From: Botryllus schlosseri
Lineage: Eukaryota
Assembly: GCA_051294905.1 (NCBI GenBank)
Contig: CM119372.1
Location: forward strand, 38,690,001 to 38,754,000
Length of the DNA stretch: 64,000 bases
Reading direction: 5' to 3'
This document shows positions 47,033-58,200 of this stretch, one piece after another (within the stretch, counting starts at the first letter, position 1; each line of letters opens with the position of its first letter). The position numbers were made by a program, and so were the translations under genes. The notes beneath the pieces are model-generated. The model searched no databases. It was not told the origin of the DNA and worked only from the letters and a program-made list of their open reading frames with translations.

Positions 47033-50000
47033 GAATAAAAATTAATAATAATATAATGCAATTACTAATATTATTGACGAAATTCAGTCTTCAACTTGAA
47101 AATATTACCCTATGGGGGCCAAAGACCAACGTTTGGACTGGGGGACGAATTGCTGTTTTGGTCCTGATTCTAGCTGCAACCCGCGCTAACATGATAGCCC
47201 ATGGCTATGGCGGCAGATCCCAATGTTGAGTAAAGAATTATGAAGTAACGATTGGGGCCTGTTTCAAGTAGAGTCATATGAGATTAAGATGAAGAGAACA
47301 TAAAATTCTGCCTTCAACTTAATACAGATAATGTACTGCAAGCTGCCGCTACGAGAAACGGCAAAAACGGCTCGGTTATGATATATATCAGCAGCTGCTG
47401 ATTTTTATTGCTTCGTTGTGGAAACCGTGATGTTTTATTTGACGAGTACAAAATTTAAAATCTCTGTCCGGTGTAAGTACGTACTACATAGGCCTACTGC
47501 TCGCCAAGCAGCAACGCTCAAACTGCGTTTGCATAACCGAACATCAATACACAAGTTACTAGGTAGAGTGGTGATTAATTGTCCTGCTGCGGGGTACTGG
47601 CGTGCGGAACGTGTTGATAGCCTGATATACAGCACGGCGGGTGTTCTTACAATCACACGAATGTACGTGACGTACATCGTGACGTACAACGTGACGTACA
47701 TTACCGTGGATACTTCTTCCGCAATGACTAGCAAAGCTAATAGGCTACTTCTGACGTAATAATGAGCAATGGCATTTAAAAATCAGACGTTTGTGCTATC
47801 ATGAACCTGGTATAATACATCTTCCTTGTTCATGAATGTTCAGTTTATGTCATAGTACTTGTACAAATAAAAAGTAATCGTTCTTTCACAAAGAAATCGA
47901 TTAGATATGGGAAGTAGTCGATTACGATTACGATTATTTTGGATTTTTTTCGAATGTAATCGATTGCGATTACGATTACTTGAAAATGCTGTAATCGTCG
48001 TAATCGATTACGATTACTAATCGCGATTACCCCATGTCTGTCGATAGGACATGAATATGAACATGACTTAACGATGTGCAATTTCGCTCCCTTTATTTTC
48101 GAACTCATCATCCTCCACCAGCTCTACCGCTAACTCTGATCATCTCGTAGGAGAGTAGTAGGCCTATCTACATAGAAATATGTGAAACGACTAATATTAT
48201 TGACAGAATTCATTCAGATGATTTAACGACCAGACGCATATAGCAATCAGATTTATATAGCAAGCACCCTGCCTCCAGAAGTTGCATCGATTACCCTATG
48301 GTGTGGGTCAAAATCATTAGGTATTTGGGCGGGAGGGGGCTGAAATCATGTGGTTTCGGTCCCGGTTAGGCAACACACAGTCACATACTCCTGAACCGGA
48401 TCGTGACCACCTCTGGTCTATGAGCAAAGCTTTGCTAATGTGACGTCAAAACTCATTTTGAAATCCACTAGTGGGCGCTAAAGAGTGAACGGAATTTGGG
48501 TTGCTGAAATATGGTAACCCTAAAATAGATGCTCCGTAATGACGAAAGTTTGGGATAGTGGGGAATGAAGACTCGGAATAAATCTAACGTGGGGAATCAG
48601 GACAAGAAGGTTGGAAACCACTGATGTAGTGTATTTCACTCTTGATGTTGTGTTCTTGCGGGCCAAGCTCACAACAGAAATCTTTGATATTGTCAAGGTG
48701 CATGCTCGCTTAGTGTTGAATTTTTACGCCGCTAGCGCCATGCATAGAGCGGCCCGCAGTTGAAATGTAATAGATTTCAACCAAAGATTTTATAATGAAG
48801 TGAAAATTGTAATATATGAAAGAGGTTCACAGTGCAGAACCTACCGAGGTTCGTTGGAGAACGTGAACCTCTAAATTTGTGAGGTTCACACACTGAACGC
48901 GAACGCGAACCTCATATTTACATCATCCCCAGGAAATATAAATATTGTATCATAAGACCCGGGATCTGCTATCGCGGCATACTATACGCGTCCGATTGTT
49001 AAAATTCCTTAACCCTTTGGATATCTGTGACATATTTTGTAAGACTATGCAACACTAGCTTCTCAGCGAGAGACATTCAAATTATTTTGTGATACGAATG
49101 TTATTATACAATGTTATTGCCAATAGTCTACTAGTTGCTTACGGGTGTCAGCCGAAAATATTCGGGCTCATTTGAATATGAATATACCATGTTCAATTGT
49201 ATACTGAAGTTCTGAACCCCTAAGAAGCTCTTCGAATTATTTGGTGGTAACACGACGTAACATAATTTTTGTTTGATTCCATTTTGATACCACTTTATGT
49301 TTCATCGGGATATGCAAATATGTCGCTGGTGATGTGTTCTTAGGACGTGAAAATTGATACAAACCGACTTCTGGAAATGAATCTATAAAGTCGGTATGTT
49401 GGGTTGAGATACCATTAGGACGATTTGTCCTCCTTTTTCAGGTTTTTGAAAATGTCCTCCGAGGACGCCTAAATGTCTTTTTCGAGAATGTTTGTTAAAT
49501 ATAGGGAAAAATTCGACTGGTATACAGTAAATCAGCACTGAAGTAACGCTCCGGCGGCTGTTTCGGGAACTGAGCCGGAAAGTTGACCTCTTTTTAGTCA
49601 ACCGAGCGCAAAGTGGGAAATATTCACTATTTTTTAAAGATTTTCCTTCGGTATTCTAAGTTTTAAAATTTTGAAAGAGTGTCTTCCTTTCCTGATTCCA
49701 AAATATGGTAACTCTAATTTGGGGTATGCTTCGAAATGTCGGCATCATAAGATACGTTTTGATACATGACTCGTTGTCGCAATATCAATTAAAGTCCAGA
49801 TCTTTCCAAACGATGACTTATAAATACTTAACAGTAGGGTTATGCTTACTATATTTTGAGATCCTAAAACGAGGAAACTTTTCATAAATTCCGAGTTCCA
49901 CCGGCCAAGAAAACTGGTGATTTATTTTGAAAATCTTTCGACCGAATAGTACTGTGATTCTCAAATTACCCGCTTTTTACGATAGTGTACGGTGTTGACT

Positions 50001-52136
50001 AAATGATGGTCATCACGTTAACTCGACGCCCGATTTTCCCCATTTCATACGAAACTCTGAATTTCGGTGCGTCGGAGTCAAATTTTTCATTGCATTTTAA
50101 TCCTTTTCAGAGGAAAAAGGGGACAAATTCCGCAAAAAGAGGACATTTAGGCGTCCTCCAAGGACACTTTCAACTTATTGAAAAAAGGACAAATCCTCAT
50201 AAAAGAGGACATATGGTAACCTTAACTGACAGTTAGTAATCTTGAATTGTAAGTAAAGATTTTGAACGCGAGCCGTATTACTCCAATTACATTGCAAGAA
50301 TAAATATTGATGCATTCGCATTGCACTTAAATCGTTGTGTGTTCTACAAACTCGCTAATGTTGAAAGTTGTCAAGAAGTGCCTGAACAACCAGTGTTTTA
50401 CTATTATCAAGCGCGCGTTGTTGTAATTACGCCGCGTTGGTAAACACTCGGCGTATTGCACGTGAGAAGCCAACATGTGTTATACCAGTTCCCAGAACAC
50501 CAAGACAGTGACGCGTCCAAACAAAACCTGGTTTGAGTTTATAGCCTGAGACCTCTATGGAATGTTTTCATCTGCTATATCTTTTCATCAGAGTGGACTG
50601 TCATGCTGTAAGCACGCGAAAGTCATTGTAGATGGTCAAGTCAACTTCAAAAGTCAACAAAATCAACAATACGGTTAGCCTTTAACGCGGCCACAAGGTG
50701 GCGAATATCGCAGGGGTATGTTTTACATATGCAGCACCAATGGATTTGGGGATTCAAGTCTAGCTGAGGTAGACCAGAACTCCTGTCACATAAGTGATAA
50801 GTTATAGGCTGATTAGTCTCCCCGTCGCCATTAGATTCAACGAAGCAGTGTGGTGTCAGCGCTTGGAAACACTATAGTGGAGTAGTTCTGATGCACGACC
50901 GGGCGATGCCTTACCTATAATAGCGCAATTCATCGTAAATATCATAGAATTTATATTAACTGAGATTAATCGAATGTAATTGTCGCACTGATTCCGATTC
51001 GACTTCTCAATTCTCAACGCATTCGGCGGTAACATAACGTTGCGTCACACGCCTACATTGTCACAGCGACTACAAAGCTACGTTATCAATCAAAAACGTG
51101 GATAGCTATGGCGTTGTTTGTAATTTGAATTCGTAGTTGTGAATGTGACTTCCCCGGTAGGTAATTTCTTGCCCTATCAAGAAGACAATGTGCATTTGAA
51201 AACTGCATTGTGATACAGATGCTGCCACGTATCATACTCTCTTTCATCAATCAATCCAAGATTTCATGGAGGGTACATCGAATTCTGGTGTGATATTGGT
51301 CGCCTGCGGATTTTGAAAAGGGTGTCCGAGCCCCTTATCCCGAATACGTCACCGTATTGACCTCTCAAAGTCATGTTTATAATACCACAAGTATAATTAC
51401 ACTGGTCGTGCTGGAGATTTAATAACACGTTGCTGCAATATTGATAATAGGCACAAAAATAAAAATTTCGCAAATAGCCATATCTTATGCCCAAAAGAGC
51501 CATATATGGCTCGCGAGCCATAGGTTCCCGACCACTGATCTATACAATTATACGCTAGAATATTGCAGCCATGCAGCGAACCGTTGAATCGTGCAGCGTG
51601 ATAGCGTCGAGGAAATTAATTTCTATGTCAGGTATCCTCGATAAATTACCGGTTGACAACTATATAAGGATTCCGACTCTGCCATGATATCGCCGAGAAA
51701 GTGCACTAGTGACGGAATGCCTGTCAGAAATATCGCAAAGGGTTAAGAAGCGACAACCCATGTACTCGATAACCCAGAGGTCGGTGGATTGGAATGGTAC
51801 CTTTCGTGACTTTTTTGCGTAGTAAATGTGAACGAGAAAGGCATTTAGCACCAGGTCCGGATCGGCTGTGGTTACATTTGTACTATACGGCAAACGAGAA
51901 CGCTGAACAACTTTCTTTGCGCGCTCGTCAAGGTATGGCGAACCCCCACAACGCCCAGTTTGGGAACCGTCGACACGCTGTGCAAGAAAGTCATTTGAAT
52001 CGTGTGGTGCGATCGAATTATTGTTTTCCAGAAAATGTATGCCTCTTACGATATAGTATAGTAAGCACTCACCTATCTATTTATATTGTGCGTCAATCAA
52101 GTGTCTACCATCTAAGTTAGACTAAATCTATAGACA

Positions 52137-52214
52137 ATGTCGGAAGAGGAAGAAATGGGCTGGCGTTGCGTCAATGACTTGGTTTATCAAAGTAACGCTA
52201 AGGATCGAAATGCG
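52137..52214 (+). CDS. METTL27-like probable first coding exon
   Basis: ACA-ATG preceded by an acceptor-like ctatag; phase-0 donor GCG|gtaaag joins in frame to 57149. Length fits the N-terminus before the YxxxAxxYD motif. The sequence itself is poorly conserved. Confidence 0.6.
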
Positions 52215-55200
52215 GTAAAGTATACATTCAATATATATATAAGCATGTTCGACGATACTATGGGGGCCGGAGATCTATATCATCGAGAGTTTCATAGTTA
52301 TATTAAAGCTCTACTCGTAGAACTATCCTACCTGCTGCTGGCTGACTTTTATAAATTTATTCGTAGCTTCTAAAATTACTGTTTAGGGTCGCGCTCGGAA
52401 TTAGCGGTCCGCAAGCTTGATAAATTTTCAAAGGTGCCCATGTCAGAAAAAGGGTTGGGAGCTTGTGCACTAGCGTGGACTACTGCGCTGAAAAATTATG
52501 TCCTCATTTCATACACGTATACCCAATTCATGCACGCACTCCAAGGAATGGATTGTTCTTCTTTCGCAGCTACTCGATGATACATCCAGAGGCATATAAC
52601 CCTGTCGAGAAGCGCTAAATGGAAGTATTATTACTAGGTAGGCTTACCATACGTCCTCTTTAAAGAGGATTTGTCCTCTTTTTTTGACTTTTTTGAAAGT
52701 GTCCTCGGAGGACGCCCTTTTGTCCTCTTTTTTGAGATTTTGTCCTCTTGTTTGAAAATTTAGGTCAGATTTAGATGAAATTGCAAGCGATATGCCGCAA
52801 ATTAGCCGAGAAGTGACGCTCCGGCGGGTATTTTGGAGGGAAAAGCGGTGATTTTTGCTCTGAGCGAAAAGAAGATCTTTTTTTTTTTTTTAGTCATCCA
52901 CCTGGCAATGTGGAGAGAAAAACGTTATTTTGAGCTGTGAGCGGAAGTGATGACCTTTTTTTTTTTTTTTTTAGTCAACCGATCACGAAGTGGGATAAAT
53001 TTACCGGTTTTTGAGAATTCTTCTCCAGTTTTGCATGTCTGAAATTTCTGAAAAAGTGTCCTCTTTTTACATTTCCAAAATATGGTAAGCCTATTACTAG
53101 GGCAAGTTTTTACAACTTTCGAGAGCTTCCTAAATACTCAGAAGTTGTGTAGTATGGTGTTTTAAACTGTTTGGAGGGAATCATAAGTTGAAACTCTTTG
53201 CAGCTTTTTCGATTTTTCGTAAAACATTTTGCAAGTTTTTTCGATTTTTTCATGCAACTTTCTGCAAATCTTATTATTTATTTTTCATGCAATTACCTTT
53301 TCACTGGAAATATTTGGCGCTATATGTTATTCAATAGCTCGCTTGAATATTTCACTGTCGTTTAAAGTTGAGGCCCTTTCTGATTCGACGTACATTCAGG
53401 CTAGACCGCCAAAAATTATATTTTCACTGCGTCATTTTTTCAGGCCTTTGATGTTGTTGAATGAAGTCGCCAAGACTGAGTTTTGCTACGGTGCCTTGAA
53501 TACGGATAGATTCGAGTATCTCCTCATACCACTAATAATGTCAAGGAACTTGCCCACAAAAGCAACTTTTTAGTGCAACTTTGGTGAAAATAAATGCAAC
53601 TTTTTACCGCAACTTTTATGAAAAATAAGTTGTACTTTCCGAGGATTTGACTGCAACAAAAACTTGCCATAAATGTTATCATTAATAACTCAAATTGCGT
53701 GACATATATTGATGAAATTGCTTTATCAACTGAAGCTGAATAGTAAAATAACAGTATACGTAGGTTTTACAATAACTGTCAAAATCTTGAGCAGCAAACG
53801 GATCAGACAACACATCGACATAGTCTGTTGGCCACGGCCATACAGCGGCTGTAACCGCATAAAATGCCTCATTCTCGGTACACGACCTCATCGCACTGTC
53901 GGCTGTGTTTGCTTCTTGTAAATCAGATACCTGGCTTCTTGAGTGGAATACAGCTGCTTGATAAAAATACAAAGTCCAAGCTATGAATAACTGACAAAAT
54001 TATTATAACGTCTAATTCTTGATACAAATAAGACAAATTAAAAATATATTGAAATCAAATACATAGGCTACCATGAAGTAAAACATTTAACCCAACTATA
54101 ATATGCATGGAGGTGGTCAAAGTAGTCGAGAAAGCTACTCAAGTAGAAGTAGAAGTAGCAACGAAAAAATCTATTCAAGTACGAGTAGAAGTACTTTTTC
54201 CATAAGCAACCTAAAACTACTTGAAGTACACGTAGAATTGACTGACTTCAAATATAATCAAGTAAGTAAGTATAGTTTTGAAAACAGTCATAATTAGTTC
54301 GCATGGTCTGTGAAAATCCGCAAATTGAGCTATGCGGAAGGTGCAGAGAGCTTGATTCGTATAGATGCATCTCAGGAATTATCCATTTTCGACAGCATAA
54401 GCATTCTTTCGCATCATGGGATACAAATTATAGTATTGATATGAAAATGCGATACTAACCCTTTTGTTTACTAGAAGACCCCATTTTAGAGAACATCATG
54501 GCATGGCGCCATACTCCATATTATAAGTCCCCAAGTTTAGGCGAAGACCAAAACGTAGAAGTTGTATCGGATACGGTTTCAACACTTCGCGCGATTAGTA
54601 TACGTTAATAACAAATATTGTGGATAGTAAAATTTATATTTGGTGTAGCTTTATTTTCGGAAAATAGAGGCACTTGATTTTATGCTTCAACCTGTATGTT
54701 CTGCAGACAAAGAACTGAAAGTAATTAGAATTCAAAGTATGATACTGGGAATTGAAAGAGAAATGCAAATACCACTTCTAAAAAGCGGAAAATATATTTC
54801 ATGTCTATTGATCGTAACGATTCAAAGGTGATCTGCTAAAACAGGTGTAACGTTAAAAAAAGCCGGATTTTCCAGATTACAAGGACACGTCATGGCCTGC
54901 TAGATGACGATATGATAGGGATTTACTAGATTGCGAAACGTTAGTTTCAAACGTTTTGGTGGGCCATATTTACTATGATGAAATATTTGATATGGGCGAC
55001 AATGCGGTATGAGCGGAACCGAGCAATCCGGTACCTAAATTATATATTCAGTGATACTTCCGCGAAAACATATTTGTCACTCCAGAACTACTGTGCGCGA
55101 AGCGCAACAAAATTTCTGGGCTTTACTTCACTTTTATGAATACTAAATGTCGGAACTCCGTGAAAACAGCCCCGAAATTCCTCAGGCTATCTTTCGTATT

Positions 55201-58200
55201 GGAGGATTAAAATACTCCTACTTTACAACCTGAAAATATCGAAAAGTAAGTAAGTAAGTAACAAAATATTACGAAGTAGAAGTAAACAAAATCAGATCTA
55301 CTTGATTAAGTACCAGAATTAGAGGAAAACTACTTGAGTACTTTCAAAAAGTAGAAATACTTCGTTACTGACCACGTCTGGATATTGAAACGCATAAACG
55401 TATTAAACTAAAGTAAGCACACGATTCAAAATTGGTAATTCTTCACTGGCAAATAATTTTTCTCTGATGGATGTTATTTGTCCTGTGGGGTGCAGATTAT
55501 GACGACATGATAATTCCACACGTCCGATTTAAGCACCTATGGATATAGGCAGTGTTTTACCGGGAAATTCGCGATCTAAAAGTACGCGCAATTCGTTTTA
55601 CGTGAACTATAATAACCCACTACATTTATAAAAACATACGTTGCAAACATCGTCGCGACCAAAAATTTCGGGATTTGACATGTTTTGTGGAATGTTAATT
55701 TGCTCTGAATACTCATTAAGGATATGTTCTACTACTACATCATATACTGCGAAGCCATTTTACTTCAGCGCCCCGCATATCACCCCCCTGAGCCCAGCAA
55801 CCCCCATATCTCTCCCTGAGCGTTTCCGCTCCCTTCCAACGCCTCCCAAGCGGCGCTGAAGGCAAGGTTAAGAATCACTGATGTAAAGGAACACAACTGT
55901 AAATGCGCCATACAATTGCACAGCGACATTGCAAATATCCTATTATTCAATGAAACGTAAAGCAAAACGAGGAAATGGATAATGAAACGAAACAACATAG
56001 CAAATAAATGGAATAATTTGACAAAAATGCAACACCAATCAGTTGGATGAATGAGTTGATTTTTCGAAATTTTGAAATCTTTGTCCGAGATCTTCCACGG
56101 CTTGTAAAAGATAGACACAAGGCATGGGAAACGGACTGAAAACGGACGGACTGAAAACGGACTTTTTTAAAGTTGGTCAATTCTGAACAACCCTAACGTA
56201 CACGTGCACTCGTGCAGTCGTGCACTCGTGCACTCGTGCAGTGATAAATTGGAGGCGCCAGTAAAAGCATTCATGCGTCATAAACAGAAGCATTAGGCCA
56301 TAGCAAACGTATGATTCTACGACAACAGCGGCTATTGAACATATAGTGACGCAGTCAGAAAATATTGGCCGTGGCATCATCATATAAACAATAAACATGT
56401 TATTGTACAATGTTTGCTAGGTCAGTTACGTAAGTTTTATCGCTCGCGTGTAAAAGGAACACCTTGTTTTCACTTGCTGACTAACCGATCATATGAACTG
56501 GCCGTCCAACATAAGTATTGCCCTCACGGCTGGAATTTTCAAGCGGTCTGGAAGAAGAACGATTTCCCGCTTTAAATAAAACAATATCTTTATTCACGAT
56601 ATTAGTTTTTACGTTCGTGAGATTGTAACCTCATGGTTTTGGGTTTTGCCACCAGGCGTCTGTGAAGGTGGGGCATATTGACGCTACACGTTACCATACG
56701 CCCTCCTTTAAGAGGATGTGTCCTCCGAAATGTTCTCCTTTTTGACTATTCGTCATCCTTTACTGCTTTTACAGGTAGGATAATGGACAGTTTCAACTTA
56801 AATTCAGCATAAATGACGGGAAATAAGTGATACGGACGTTCGTGCGGGCCATTCGGGAATCGGATGAAAGTGACGAGTCAACTCACCAAATTTTCTAGCA
56901 AAAATTGCAAAATTGTCTGTTTTCAGTATAGACCAAGTAACTTTTCTGATTTGGAAAAAGTGTACTCATTTCCCGATTCCAAAATATGGTAATCCCACCG
57001 TATGTTCATATACAGGCCGTTACTCAATTGAGGGTAGGCGATAGCATGCGCAATTGTGCATACATACATGCCAATATGAAGTATCTACCAACTATATATT
57101 CAGTTTGACACTTGACCTGAATGTAATCCTCCGCGATTAAATGTACAGGCGTATACGCGATTGGCGTCTGTGTATGACATTCATATGGAAAACGTGGGTG
57201 CAGTGGCCAATGAAAACCTAGTCAAGGTTGCTTTTGAGTTCGTAAAAAACGACGAATCAAGCCTGATGCTCGACGTCGCTGCCGGTGAGTGATATAGTCG
57301 AGAATTGACTATTGCGGATGCTATGTATACTGTCGGCTATATGTTAAGACTGGTTTTTAACACAAATTCGTATTTAACCAGAAGCGATCTGTAACAAAGT
57401 ACACCTTTTTTAGGCCCTAGGGATTACTCACAGAGGTTTTTCCTGCCTGAATTGCTTACTCAAATGCCTAAGATTTTAGATTGCTTTCATTGCCTGACAG
57501 TTTACAGTTTTTAGGCGAAACTAGCCCTAACATACTCACTATTTTACTTACATTGAAATTGCTACTGTTACTTTTACGTCAATATTAATTTGTGACTTAT
57601 TCTAGACTTTGACCACCTCTGAATAGAGCAGGGGTATCAAACATACGGCCCCGCGAAGCAATTTTGACTGCAGTGTTGGGATCAAGTCACTACCTTCGAG
57701 TCACGAGTCATCTCGAGTCATTGCACATTTTGACTCGAGTCAAGTCAAGTCAATCAATTTTCGAAGGTGACCCGAGTCAAGTCAAGTCACTCCATTTTTC
57801 GAGGTGACTCGAGTCAAGTCAAGTCAAGTCACGAGTCAAGTCACAATTCAAGTCAAGTTGCCTTTTCGAAGTATGATTACGTCATTGGATTTTGCTAGCT
57901 GGCTGAAATACAGATTGAGTGGTCATTGATTCTGAACCGATGAACGAATATAGAGTTTAATATACACCCAAGAAGGCGCTGTATCGTATGAAGGACGATT
58001 ACGTCATTGGATTTCGCTAGATGGCTGAAATACAGATTGAGTGGTCATTGATTCTGAACCAATGAACGAATATAGAGTTAAATATACACCCAAGAAGGCG
58101 CTGTATCGTTCATATATACGTAGAATTGGTGAACTACCCAAGTAATTGCATAGCCTCAGTTTACCAGCCAGAATAGATAATAGAGAAACGAATTGTTACG

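Larger units (their letters stand above)
45750..48040. mobile_element. hAT element with (CGATTA)n arrays, level 4
   Basis: CAGACATGGGGT...ACCCCATGTCTG, perfect TSD TCGATAGG. Confidence 0.9.
45088..48522. mobile_element. TAGGGTTGCC-ended composite hAT element, level 3 of the stack
   Basis: TAGGGTTGCCATA...TATGGTAACCCTA, TSD AAATAGAG/AAATAGAT; reverse-orientation sister of 27598-29595. Confidence 0.85.
41827..48623. mobile_element. hAT MITE (GGGAAT repeats), level 2 of the stack
   Basis: CAGTGGTTACCAAC...GTTGGAAACCACTG, TSD GTATAGTG/ATGTAGTG (6/8); GGGGAAT motifs at both ends. Confidence 0.7.
39278..48931. mobile_element. TAGGGATG-ended MITE, outermost shell of a 9.6-kb nested stack
   Basis: TAGGGATGGT...ATCATCCCCA with GAACCT/GGTTC arrays at both ends. 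The left arm is colinear with the uninterrupted copy at 24058. The TSD is degenerate (5/8). Confidence 0.65.
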
